The position numbers were made by a program, and so were the translations under genes. The notes below the pieces were generated by a model. That model saw only the letters and a list, made by a program, of their open reading frames with translations, made no database searches and had not been told where the DNA came from. A stretch of 64,000 nt of DNA, taken from NCBI GenBank assembly GCA_016208765.1, contig JACQXK010000001.1, positions 218 through 64,217 on the forward strand. The letters are read 5' to 3'. The stretch comes from Candidatus Omnitrophota bacterium (GTDB taxonomy: Bacteria > Omnitrophota > Gorgyraeia > Gygaellales > Profunditerraquicolaceae). Of the stretch, positions 1 to 9,327 are shown one piece after another. Position 1 is the stretch's first letter, and each line of letters opens with the position of its first letter.

Positions 1-1
1 T

Positions 2-775
2 TCATATTTAGGAAAGTTTCCGGCCCTCTGTGGAATTGATATGAATATAGAGAAGGGTAGCAAAATTGGTATTTTGGGCGCTAATGGTTCAGGAAAATCA
101 ACTCTTTTGCAATTGTTAGACGGGCTTATTTTCTCGCATCAGGGAAATATTAAGTTTCTTGATAAGGATTTAAGCGAGAGGGCGCTGGGCGAAGAAGAAT
201 TTATGCGTTTTTTCCGTTCTAAGGTTGGTTTTGTGTTTCAAAATCCTGAAGTACAGCTGTTTTGTCCGACCGTAGAAGAAGATATCATATTTGGGCCATT
301 GCAGCTTGGTATTGATAAGGCAGAAATTAAAAAACGCTTAGCCAATCTGGTGGATCTGCTTAATATTTCAAATCTGCTGGAGCGGCCGCCTTTTCGCCTA
401 AGTATAGGAGAGAAGCGTAAGGTTGCCATTGCCTCAACCTTAATTATGTCTCCTGATGTTTTAATCTTAGACGAGCCTACGGCAGGGCTTGATCCGTTAA
501 CCAGCCGTCAAATCGTTGATATTATTATTCAGGCAAACCTGGAAGGGAAAACCATAATTACCGCTACTCATGACCTGCACATTGTAGATGAAATAGCCGA
601 TGAAATTTTCGTTTTTAGCAACGAGAAGAGAATCGCGCGTTCCGGAGCTTCAGGAGAAATCCTCTCTGACGGTGAGTTTCTTAAGAAGCATAATCTTGTC
701 CATATCCATTATCATAAACATAAGGATAAGATCCACACCCACCCTCACGAGCACTTAGAGCACCACGTTGAATAG
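2..775 (+). CDS. cbiO: ECF-type Co/Ni transporter ATPase (CbiO/NikO family), 5' end probably outside window
   Basis: Walker A GANGSGKST, Q-loop FQNPEVQLF, LSIGEKRKVAIA signature, ILDEPTAGLD, ATHD; His-rich tail; frame is open from base 2 upstream of ATG 41. Confidence 0.8.
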   Translation, partial: SYLGKFPALCGIDMNIEKGSKIGILGANGSGKSTLLQLLDGLIFSHQGNIKFLDKDLSERALGEEEFMRFFRSKVGFVFQNPEVQLFCPTVEEDIIFGPLQLGIDKAEIKKRLANLVDLLNISNLLERPPFRLSIGEKRKVAIASTLIMSPDVLILDEPTAGLDPLTSRQIVDIIIQANLEGKTIITATHDLHIVDEIADEIFVFSNEKRIARSGASGEILSDGEFLKKHNLVHIHYHKHKDKIHTHPHEHLEHHVE

Positions 776-779
776 CTTG

Positions 780-957
780 GCAACAAAAGTTTCTTTTCGC
801 ACACGAGATTTTTTGCTGTGTGCTGCGGTTTACGGCTCACTCTCGTAACGGCTTTCGCAAAACCTGTGTACTCTCGTTCGCCGTAAATCCTTGCACACTA
901 ATAGTTATAGCTGTACCAAAAAATCTCTGATTGTGTGCTCACAGAAACTTTTGTTGC
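780..957. repeat. Nested inverted-repeat element (MITE-like or structured RNA)
   Basis: Perfect 15-bp terminal IR GCAACAAAAGTTTCT (780-794) / AGAAACTTTTGTTGC (943-957), plus inner stems 799-815/917-938 and 818-836/880-898. Confidence 0.75.
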
Positions 958-1004
958 TTTAAATATTAGAATTAAAGCAAAAACTGCTCATCTTCAAAAT
1001 TATA

Positions 1005-1032
1005 TTGACCGACATTGAGGTTGTGCTATTAT
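1005..1032 (+). promoter_or_regulatory. Sigma70-type promoter, leaderless geometry
   Basis: TTGACC-16 bp-TATTAT; -10 box ends 7 nt before ATG 1040. Confidence 0.5.
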
Positions 1033-1039
1033 TTCAGGT

Positions 1040-2221
1040 ATGAATTCAAAAGTATATAAAATCTTCATAGTTGGCATTTTTTTATTATTTCTATCTTTGC
1101 AATTTTCCTTCGCACAGCAGGAGCCAGGCGCGCTTCCTGAATTGTCTGTTTTTTATTCACCGAGTTGTGAAAAATGCATGAAGGCCAAACACGAATTAAT
1201 ACCTGAAATAGAAAAAGAATTTGGCAATAAGGTTAAAGTTAAATATTATGATATTTCTGACATTGAAAATTACAAAATACTGCTAAATTTAAGAGAAAAA
1301 TATAATCCCTCCATTGAAATAGAAGTGCCTGTATTCTTCTTAAACGGTAAATTTATTAATGCTAAAGCTGATTTGTCCAAAAGGCTGCGTGTATTTGTCG
1401 TTGAAGCGCTGGGCTTTTCTCCGGTAGATGGTATAAAAGAACAGGCAGTAGATTTAATCAGGCATTTTAAATCCATAACCCCGTTAGTAATTGTCAGCGC
1501 TGGGCTGGTTGATGGCATAAATCCTTGCGCATTTACTGTAATTGTCTTTTTTATCTCCTTCTTGGCATTGCAAGGATATAGAAGAAGGGACCTGATTGTT
1601 ATTGGTTTGACATTTATTTTCTCAGTATTTTTAACCTATGTTTTGATTGGATTGGGTTTGTTTGGTTTTCTTTACCGTTTGCAAGGGTTCTGGATCGTTA
1701 CCAAAACAATTAATCTTTTGATTGGTATTTTTAGTATCGGGCTGGGAGCGGCAGCGCTATATGATTATTTTAAATTTAAGAAAACCGGTGCTACTGAAGG
1801 GCTTTTATTACAGCTGCCTGCGGGAATAAAAAATCAGATCCATAAAATAATCGGCTTGCATTACCGAAGGACACAGCAAAATGAACAACCTGCCGGGAAT
1901 AATATCCTGGCAGTATTTTCCGGAGCTTTAATCACTGGTTTTTTGGTCTCATTGTTAGAGGCGGTTTGCACCGGGCAAACCTACGTGCCAACTATTGCCT
2001 TTGTGCTAAAAACAACGCATTTAAAACTACAGGCGCTTTTTTACCTTTTGATTTATAATATAATGTTTGTTGTGCCTTTATTTATTATTTTTATTTTTGC
2101 TTTGTTAGGAGTAACCAGCTCTCAGTTTTCAAATTTTTTAAAAAGCCGAATGCTTACAATAAAGATATTAATGAGCATGTTGTTTTTCGGGCTGGGTATA
2201 TTTTTGATCTGGAGGTTGTAA
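1040..2221 (+). CDS. Thioredoxin-like domain plus CcdA/DsbD-type membrane domain protein
   Basis: Signal peptide, FYSPSCEKC CxxC, transmembrane region with DGINPCAF and LEAVCTGQTY cysteines. Confidence 0.75.
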   Translation: MNSKVYKIFIVGIFLLFLSLQFSFAQQEPGALPELSVFYSPSCEKCMKAKHELIPEIEKEFGNKVKVKYYDISDIENYKILLNLREKYNPSIEIEVPVFFLNGKFINAKADLSKRLRVFVVEALGFSPVDGIKEQAVDLIRHFKSITPLVIVSAGLVDGINPCAFTVIVFFISFLALQGYRRRDLIVIGLTFIFSVFLTYVLIGLGLFGFLYRLQGFWIVTKTINLLIGIFSIGLGAAALYDYFKFKKTGATEGLLLQLPAGIKNQIHKIIGLHYRRTQQNEQPAGNNILAVFSGALITGFLVSLLEAVCTGQTYVPTIAFVLKTTHLKLQALFYLLIYNIMFVVPLFIIFIFALLGVTSSQFSNFLKSRMLTIKILMSMLFFGLGIFLIWRL

Positions 2222-2634
2222 TGAAAGTTTTCTCGGTTGTATTAACAGGTATCTTAATTTTATCTTCATTTTCCACAGGATGCCTTGCTCAGATGCCGCA
2301 GAAACAGGACCAGCCTCAGGAAAAGCCGAAGCCTCAAGATGCGTTTATCTGGGATTTTGGAAAAATGAAAGAAGGAGAAACTGCAAAACACGAATTTGTC
2401 TTAAAGAATGAATCAGGGAAAATTTTAAATGTTAAAGAAGTGAATACTTCCTGCGGTTGTACGGTGAGCTCGGTGCAGAAAAAGCAACTCGCACCCCAAG
2501 AAAGCACGTTAATTGATGTTACTTTTAACAGTAAAGGTTATTCAGGATTAATTACCCAGTATATTTATGTAAATACTGATAATATTAAAGAACCGGTAAT
2601 CAGGTTTATGATTAAGGCTGAAGTTGTTAAATAA
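2221..2634 (+). CDS. DUF1573-like secreted Ig-fold protein
   Basis: Signal peptide, WDFG...F.LKN...TSCGCT motif. Confidence 0.75.
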   Translation: MKVFSVVLTGILILSSFSTGCLAQMPQKQDQPQEKPKPQDAFIWDFGKMKEGETAKHEFVLKNESGKILNVKEVNTSCGCTVSSVQKKQLAPQESTLIDVTFNSKGYSGLITQYIYVNTDNIKEPVIRFMIKAEVVK

Positions 2635-2649
2635 TAAAGGGGGATTAAA

Positions 2650-3612
2650 ATGTTTTTTCTAAAGTTAAGGATGTATCTTTTGATGGCAATCTTATTTGCG
2701 ATTATTTATGCTGTAATCGTGATGATTGGTTCGTATTTCGGGTTGAGGGATTTTTATTTCTATCTTTTTATATCGGTAGCAATGATGTTTATTCAGTACA
2801 TGATCGGGCCAAAGATTGTAGAGTGGTCCATGCGGGTAAAATATATTAAAAGAGCAGATAATCCCAGGTTGTTTCAGATGGTAGAGAGTTTGGCAATGCG
2901 GGCCCAGATACCGGCTCCGCGGATCGGCATTGCGCAAATCCCCCTTCCAAATGCCTTTGCTTTTGGCCGCAGCATAAAAGACGGCAGGGTCTGCGTTACT
3001 GAGGGGATTTTAGGTTTATTAAACGATGACGAGCTAAAAGCAGTGCTTGGCCACGAATTAAGTCATTTAAAAAACAGGGATGTTTTGACGATCACTCTGC
3101 TTTCAGTAATACCTATGATCATGTATCGTATTGCCTGGCAATTTTTATTTTTTGGCAGAAGGCGTGATTCACGCGGAGGGAATACCGTGCTTATAGGCAT
3201 AGCTGCATTTTTGTTTTATTTTGTAACTAACCTTCTGGTGCTTTATGCTTCGCGGATCAGGGAATATTTTGCTGATAAGGGCTCTGTGCTTTTGGGAAAT
3301 TCTCCGCATGCGCTGGCATCAAGTTTATACAAGCTCGTTTATGGTGCGGCACGGACGAACCGTGATTCTCTAAAAGAAGTAGAGGGGTTAAAAGCGTTTT
3401 TTGTTAATGACCCGTCTTGCGCAATGAAGGACATTAAAGAATTATCACAGCTTGATTTGGATAAAAACGGGACTATTGACCCCGGAGAATTGGCGCAGTT
3501 GAGGTCATCAAAAATTAAATTGGGTTTTGCAGATAAAATGATGGAGCTTCTAAGCACGCACCCAAACATGATCAAGCGCATTAAGCGGCTTTCAGAATAT
3601 AGTGCGGGTTAA
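2650..3612 (+). CDS. htpX: Zinc metalloprotease HtpX (M48)
   Basis: PNAFAFG, HELSH, SRIREYFAD, STHP motifs; N-terminal TM helices. Confidence 0.9.
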   Translation: MFFLKLRMYLLMAILFAIIYAVIVMIGSYFGLRDFYFYLFISVAMMFIQYMIGPKIVEWSMRVKYIKRADNPRLFQMVESLAMRAQIPAPRIGIAQIPLPNAFAFGRSIKDGRVCVTEGILGLLNDDELKAVLGHELSHLKNRDVLTITLLSVIPMIMYRIAWQFLFFGRRRDSRGGNTVLIGIAAFLFYFVTNLLVLYASRIREYFADKGSVLLGNSPHALASSLYKLVYGAARTNRDSLKEVEGLKAFFVNDPSCAMKDIKELSQLDLDKNGTIDPGELAQLRSSKIKLGFADKMMELLSTHPNMIKRIKRLSEYSAG

Positions 3613-3624
3613 TCAGGAGGGGGC

Positions 3625-4506
3625 ATGGAAGAGATATATCATTTAATATTTGAGGCATTACGTGATGGGTTTATTTGGGTAGATATGTCTGGAAGGCTTA
3701 AGAAATTTAATTCTGCTTATCAGCGAATGCTGGGGTATTCTGCTCAAGAATTGCTGAACCTGACTTATATTGATATTACTCCGAAGAAATGGCATGCATT
3801 TGAAGAAAAGATTATTCAGGAGCAGGTAATGCAGCGAGGTTATTCCGATCTTTATGAAAAAGAATATGTTACTAAAGATGGGCGGGTTTTTCCTGTGGAA
3901 TTAATCACATATTTAGATAAAGGCAAAGAAGGAAAGCCCGTGGGTATGTGGGCATTTGTCAGGGATATTTCTGAGCGCAGGAAAATAATAGAAGAACTTT
4001 CTGTTTCCCAGACAAGATGTTTTGACTTGTTTGAGAACGCCAATGATATGATTTATACATTTGATTTAGCAGGGAACTTTACTTCTTTAAATAGGTCTAC
4101 TTGTGATACTTTAGGATATTCTAAAGACGAATTGATTAAGAAGAATATAATGGATGTCCTTTCATTGGAAAGCCGAGGGTTTGCTATAAAGATGCTGCAG
4201 CAGGCAATTGCCGATAAATCAGACTTAAAGGAATTACAGCCTTGGGAGTTTGTGATTGTGCGTAAAGACGGTTCTGAGGTAATTTCAGAAACGCGCACCC
4301 GTTTAATTTGGGAGGAAAAAGAAGTGGTTGGCGTGCAGGGTATCTCACGCGATATTAGCGAGCGTAAAAAATATGAAGAGGATCTGAAGAAAAAGATACA
4401 CGATTTGGAGATTTTTAATAAAATTTCAATTGAGCGTGAGCTTAAGATGATTGAGCTTAAGAAGAAGATAGAAGAGTTAGAATACAAGTTAAAAGTAAAA
4501 TCTTGA
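3625..4506 (+). CDS. Tandem PAS/PAC domain protein with C-terminal coiled coil
   Basis: Two PAS-PAC units each ending RDISER; tail RELKMIELKKKIEELE; no output domain. Confidence 0.8.
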   Translation: MEEIYHLIFEALRDGFIWVDMSGRLKKFNSAYQRMLGYSAQELLNLTYIDITPKKWHAFEEKIIQEQVMQRGYSDLYEKEYVTKDGRVFPVELITYLDKGKEGKPVGMWAFVRDISERRKIIEELSVSQTRCFDLFENANDMIYTFDLAGNFTSLNRSTCDTLGYSKDELIKKNIMDVLSLESRGFAIKMLQQAIADKSDLKELQPWEFVIVRKDGSEVISETRTRLIWEEKEVVGVQGISRDISERKKYEEDLKKKIHDLEIFNKISIERELKMIELKKKIEELEYKLKVKS

Positions 4507-4556
4507 TTTTAAAGAAAATCCCTCCTGATTTCATCGTTTTTAACGCCATTCTTGCG

Positions 4557-4585
4557 TTGACATAACCTCAAATCTACTATATAAT
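4557..4585 (+). promoter_or_regulatory. Consensus sigma70 promoter of lysS operon
   Basis: TTGACA (4557-4562)-17 bp-TATAAT (4580-4585); ATG at 4595 without SD. Confidence 0.75.
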
Positions 4586-4594
4586 TAAAAAACT

Positions 4595-6055
4595 ATGGAA
4601 TTAAACGAGATCCTCGCACAGAGAAGGGCAAAATTAGAGGCTTTGGAAGCCAAGGGTATAAATCCTTATGGCGCAAGCTGCCTAACAAGCCGTAGTGAAA
4701 TAGGCGGCTTAATTAACAGTTTTAAAGAAGGCGCTCAGGAAGTTGTTAAGGTTAGTGCCAGTGGCAGGATTATGGCTAAACGCTTGCATGGCAAGGTGTT
4801 ATTTATGGATTTACGTGATTCAACCGGTAAAATCCAGCTCTATGTTAAGGCTGATTATGTAGGTAAAGATAAATTTGAGCTTTTTGAACAGATAGATATT
4901 GCTGATACGATCAATGTCAAAGGAGAGCTTTTTAAGACGCACACAGGGGAATTGACTATTAAGGTTGAAGATTTTACTGTGCTTTCAAAGGCTCTGCGGC
5001 CGCTTCCTGAGAAATGGCACGGGCTCAAGGATGTGGAGATGCGTTACCGCCAGAGATACCTTGATTTGATCTGTAATGAAGAGGTTAAGAAAGTATTTTT
5101 GCAGCGTTCAAAGATTATATTGTCCCTGCGTAAGTTTCTTGACGGCCTGGGTTATCTGGAAGTAGAAACTCCGATGATGCATGATATTCCCGGAGGAGCT
5201 GCGGGCAGGCCCTTTAAGACGCATCACAATGAATATGATATGGAGCTGACTTTACGCATTGCCCCTGAGTTGTATTTGAAACGTTTGTTAGTAGGCGGTT
5301 TAGACAAGGTTTATGAGATCAACCGGTCTTTTCGTAATGAAGGCGTGTCTACAAAACATAATCCGGAATTTACGATGCTTGAGGTTTATTGCGCTTATGC
5401 AAATGTTGAGGATATGATGCAGTTAACGGAAAATTTAGTTTCTTCAATTGCCAAAGAGGTTTTGGGCACAACTAAGATTATTTTTGCCGATAAAGAAATA
5501 GATTTAACTCCTCCCTGGCAAAGAAGGTCTTTTGCCCAGATGGTAAAGGACAAATTCAATATTGACCCCAGCGACGATATATCGGTGATGTTGAAAAAAC
5601 TTCAGGAGAAGGGCTTTGCCAAAGAAAGGAACCGGCTTACCCGCTCTCAGATCAATAAAATCATTGAAGAGATTTTAGAGCAGGATATGAGCATGAACCC
5701 GACTTTTGTCACTGATTATTATACCAGCCTTTGCCCTCTGGCAAAGACGCGCCAGGATAATCCTTTGATTTCTGAGCGCTTTGAATTATATGTTGCCGGG
5801 ATGGAAATTGCCAATGCCTATTCAGAGTTAAATAATCCCATTGAGCAACGCAGGCGTTTTGAAGAGGAGATTAAAGAGCTTGATACTCAGGAAAAGAAAG
5901 TTGTGGACGATGATTATGTGCTTGCCCTTGAGCATGGCATGCCTCCTGCCGGCGGGCTTGGGATCGGCATTGACCGTTTGGTGATGTTGTTGACCGGGCA
6001 GCCTTCAATCCGCGACGTGATATTATTTCCATTGCTGAGGCCGGGAAAAGAGTGA
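4595..6055 (+). CDS. lysS: Lysine--tRNA ligase (class II)
   Basis: LPEKWHGL, RYRQRYLDL, LRIAPELYLKRL, FRNEG, GLGIGIDRL. Confidence 0.97.
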   Translation: MELNEILAQRRAKLEALEAKGINPYGASCLTSRSEIGGLINSFKEGAQEVVKVSASGRIMAKRLHGKVLFMDLRDSTGKIQLYVKADYVGKDKFELFEQIDIADTINVKGELFKTHTGELTIKVEDFTVLSKALRPLPEKWHGLKDVEMRYRQRYLDLICNEEVKKVFLQRSKIILSLRKFLDGLGYLEVETPMMHDIPGGAAGRPFKTHHNEYDMELTLRIAPELYLKRLLVGGLDKVYEINRSFRNEGVSTKHNPEFTMLEVYCAYANVEDMMQLTENLVSSIAKEVLGTTKIIFADKEIDLTPPWQRRSFAQMVKDKFNIDPSDDISVMLKKLQEKGFAKERNRLTRSQINKIIEEILEQDMSMNPTFVTDYYTSLCPLAKTRQDNPLISERFELYVAGMEIANAYSELNNPIEQRRRFEEEIKELDTQEKKVVDDDYVLALEHGMPPAGGLGIGIDRLVMLLTGQPSIRDVILFPLLRPGKE

Positions 6056-7242
6056 GAACTGAGTTATTCATAAGCTGGCGGTATCTGGTTACCAAGCGTA
6101 AAGAAAAATTTATTTCTCTTATAAGCGTTATTTCTGTTTTAGGGATCGCTATCGGGGTTACTGCGCTTATAGTGGTAATCGGGGTAATGACCGGTTTTGA
6201 CCAGGACCTGCGGGAAAAAATTGTCGGTAATTTTTCCCATATTACACTTACAAGCTATAAGCCGATTGAGGCTGCTGAATACGATAATTTGGTAAAGAAA
6301 ATCGGCCCTCACGGGCATGTAAAGGGAATCAGCCCTTATGTTCAGGGCCAGATACTGATCAAGGAAGGCAGCCGTTATTTTGCCGTCGGGTTAAAAGGAA
6401 TTGACCCTCTTACCGAAGGGCAGGTCACAAAGATCAATAAATATATTATTGCAGGAAGCCTTGATAATCTGAATGAAGGTTCTATTATTATCGGCAAGGA
6501 ATTGGCTGCTTATTTTGGCCTTGGGTTAAATTCCAGTATTCAGGTTTATTCTCCGACAGGTAAACAACACACTTTAAAAGTAGCCGGTGTTTTTAATTCC
6601 GGGATGTATGATTATGATTTGAATCTGGTGTTTACGCATTTAAAAACAGCACAGGAGATTTTGGGGACCCCCGGACAAATAACCGCAGTGGCAATAAAAT
6701 TGGATAATTTATACCTGGCGGATAATGTAAGAAAATCACTGGCGCAGGATTTAGGCTTTAATTATAATCTCAAGACCTGGATGGAGGCAAACCAGAATTT
6801 CTTTGCTGCGTTAAAGCTGGAGAAACTGGCTATGTTTATTATCCTGACTTTGATTATTTTAGTTGCGTCATTTAATATTATCAGCACCTTGATTGTTTTG
6901 GTGGTTGATAAAACTAAAGATATAGGTATTTTAAGAGCGCTTGGAATGAGTTCTGCCGGTATCCGTCGGATTTTTACTGTTCAAGGATTGTTGATCGGCG
7001 GCACAGGGACATTGCTCGGCGCTGTTGGTGGTTTTGGGCTTTGCGCGCTTCTTGAGAAATACCAGTTTATTAAGCTGCCGCAGGATATTTATTATTTAGA
7101 CCATTTGCCGGTATCTATTCAGTTGTGGCCGGATGTTACCTTAATTGTGCTGGCTGCAATGCTGATAACGTTAGTTTCTACAATTTACCCGGCATATAAG
7201 GCTGCTCGTTTTGAGCCGGTTGAAGCGTTGAGATATGAATGA
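6052..7242 (+). CDS. lolE: Lipoprotein-releasing ABC transporter permease LolC/E family
   Basis: FISLISVISVLGIAIGV, KTKDIGILRALG, C-terminal PVEALRYE; precedes lolD. Confidence 0.8.
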   Translation: MRTELFISWRYLVTKRKEKFISLISVISVLGIAIGVTALIVVIGVMTGFDQDLREKIVGNFSHITLTSYKPIEAAEYDNLVKKIGPHGHVKGISPYVQGQILIKEGSRYFAVGLKGIDPLTEGQVTKINKYIIAGSLDNLNEGSIIIGKELAAYFGLGLNSSIQVYSPTGKQHTLKVAGVFNSGMYDYDLNLVFTHLKTAQEILGTPGQITAVAIKLDNLYLADNVRKSLAQDLGFNYNLKTWMEANQNFFAALKLEKLAMFIILTLIILVASFNIISTLIVLVVDKTKDIGILRALGMSSAGIRRIFTVQGLLIGGTGTLLGAVGGFGLCALLEKYQFIKLPQDIYYLDHLPVSIQLWPDVTLIVLAAMLITLVSTIYPAYKAARFEPVEALRYE

Positions 7243-7910
7243 TGTTAGAGGCTAAAAATATACATAAAGTTTATAGTAACGGAACAAAGACCCTGCCGGT
7301 TTTAAAAGGGGTAAATTTAAGCATAGAGCAGGGTAAGTTTATTGCTATTGTCGGGCCGTCAGGCGCAGGCAAATCTACGCTTTTACATGTTTTGGGTGGT
7401 TTGGACCATCCTTCAGAAGGAAGCGTGTTTTTTACGGGCAGAGATATTTATAAATTAAAAGATAATGCGCGTTGCGCCCTAAGAAACAAGAACATCGGTT
7501 TTGTCTTTCAGTTTTATCATCTGTTGGCAGAGTTTACCGTTTTAGAAAATGTCGCTCTTCCTAAATTAATTGCTCAAGGCAATGGGCCGAAAGCCATAAT
7601 AGAAGATGCCCTAAAGATGTTGGGCAAAGTTGGTCTTTCAGAAAGATTAGGCCATTTTCCGAGCCAGCTTTCCGGAGGGGAGAAACAAAGGGTTGCAATT
7701 GCGCGGGCGTTAATTAACGCACCTGAGATTTTATTCTGCGACGAGCCAACCGGAAATCTTGATTCTGCAAGCGGTGGTGAAATTATAAATTTGATACGAA
7801 GCATTAATAAAGAAAACCGGATGAGCGTAGTTTTAGTAACACATAATACTGAGTTGGCTAATTCTACTGATAAGGTTTATCATTTGAAGGATGGGGTGTT
7901 GGTTAATTAA
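7239..7910 (+). CDS. lolD: Lipoprotein-releasing ABC transporter ATPase
   Basis: GPSGAGKST, GFVFQFYHLL, LSGGEKQRVAIARA, DEPTGNLD. Confidence 0.85.
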   Translation: MMLEAKNIHKVYSNGTKTLPVLKGVNLSIEQGKFIAIVGPSGAGKSTLLHVLGGLDHPSEGSVFFTGRDIYKLKDNARCALRNKNIGFVFQFYHLLAEFTVLENVALPKLIAQGNGPKAIIEDALKMLGKVGLSERLGHFPSQLSGGEKQRVAIARALINAPEILFCDEPTGNLDSASGGEIINLIRSINKENRMSVVLVTHNTELANSTDKVYHLKDGVLVN

Positions 7911-7928
7911 CCAGTTTATGGAGGAATT

Positions 7929-8798
7929 ATGAAAATTTATATCAACGGTAAGTTTTATAGCAAAGAGAATGCAAAAATATCAGTATTTGACCACGGGCTA
8001 TTATATGGAGACGGTGTGTTTGAGGGGATCCGTTCATACAATTGCCTGGTTTTTAAATTGGATGAGCATATTGACCGGCTTTATGAGTCTGCGCATACGA
8101 TTATGCTCAAGATTCCTTTAGCTAAGAAGGAGTTAGCTAAAGCGGTTATCGCAACTTTAAAAGCTAACGCGCTTAGAGATGCTTATATCCGCCTTATTGT
8201 TACAAGAGGCCAGGGAGACCTGGGGCTTGATCCGCGTAAATGCACCGGAAACAGCTCTATTATCATTATTGTAGATAAAATTAAGCTTTATCCGGAGAAA
8301 TTGTATAAAAAAGGCATGGAGATTATTACTGTGGCAACTACCAGGAATTCCCATGAAACTTTGAATCCTCAAATCAAGTGTCTGAATTACTTAAATAACA
8401 TTTTAGCTAAAATTGAGGCGGTGCATTTAGGTTATGAAGAAGCGTTAATGCTTAATGATTCCGGTTATGTTGCTGAATGTACCGGCGATAATGTGTTTAT
8501 TGTCAGTAAAGGAGAACTTTACACGCCGCCGGAGTGCATGGGAGCTTTAAGAGGGGTTACGCGCGACACAGTTTTGGATATTGCTAATGAGCTGCAAATC
8601 CCCAAGCATGAACATGTGTTTAGCCGTCACGAAGTTTATATCGCAGATGAGTGTTTCTTGACCGGGACTGCCGCTGAAATTATTCCGGTGGTAAAAGTTG
8701 ACGGCCGCGTGATTGGTTCCGGCAAGCCGGGAAAAATGACTTTGAATTTAACTAAAAAATTTAAGACACTGACAAAGACAGCGGGGACAAAGTATTAA
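7929..8798 (+). CDS. ilvE: Branched-chain amino acid aminotransferase
   Basis: DHGLLYGDGVFEGIR, K.LNYLNNILAK, ECTGDN, GTAAEI. Confidence 0.93.
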   Translation: MKIYINGKFYSKENAKISVFDHGLLYGDGVFEGIRSYNCLVFKLDEHIDRLYESAHTIMLKIPLAKKELAKAVIATLKANALRDAYIRLIVTRGQGDLGLDPRKCTGNSSIIIIVDKIKLYPEKLYKKGMEIITVATTRNSHETLNPQIKCLNYLNNILAKIEAVHLGYEEALMLNDSGYVAECTGDNVFIVSKGELYTPPECMGALRGVTRDTVLDIANELQIPKHEHVFSRHEVYIADECFLTGTAAEIIPVVKVDGRVIGSGKPGKMTLNLTKKFKTLTKTAGTKY

Positions 8799-8811
8799 GC
8801 AGGAGGAAAAA

Positions 8812-9327
8812 GTGTTTTGTGATATTTGCGGGAAAAATGCCGCAACCGTTCATTTAACCGAAATTATTGATAGCCAGATGAATGAGCTGCATTTATGCGA
8901 GGGGTGCGCGCGCAAAAAATCAGAAGAGATGGAGCAGCAGTTTGGCTTAAGCGATCTTTTGGCAGGGATGGCAGAGTTTGGCAAGCCCGTAAAAGAAAAA
9001 GAAGCTGTGCACGCCAAGTGCGCTAATTGCGGACTGACTTATGCTGATTTTAAGAAAGTCGGCAGGCTCGGTTGCGGAGAATGTTACAATGCGTTTCGTA
9101 AATATCTTGGGCCTTTATTAAAAAGAATACACGGCTCAAGCCAGCATGTTGGCAAGTCGCCTGTAAAGTTAGTTAAAATTGCGAAAAAGAAGGCCGGCGA
9201 TTTACAGGACTTGCGGACAAAATTACAGTTGGCCATTGAGTCCGAGGCTTTTGAAGAGGCTGCTAAAATTCGCGATCAGATCAAAGAGCTTGAGCAGAAA
9301 GAAGAAAATGAAGGAAAGGTGCAATAA
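8812..9327 (+). CDS. mcsA: McsA protein arginine kinase activator
   Basis: Four CxxC motifs, GRLGCGECY, RIHGSSQHVGK, C-terminal UVR domain; GTG start. Confidence 0.9.
   Translation: MFCDICGKNAATVHLTEIIDSQMNELHLCEGCARKKSEEMEQQFGLSDLLAGMAEFGKPVKEKEAVHAKCANCGLTYADFKKVGRLGCGECYNAFRKYLGPLLKRIHGSSQHVGKSPVKLVKIAKKKAGDLQDLRTKLQLAIESEAFEEAAKIRDQIKELEQKEENEGKVQ

Noticed and set aside
780-957. Purine riboswitch (CCGTAAA present) or simple terminator
   Set aside because: Other purine-riboswitch motifs are missing, the element lies upstream of the next promoter, and it is far longer than a terminator.
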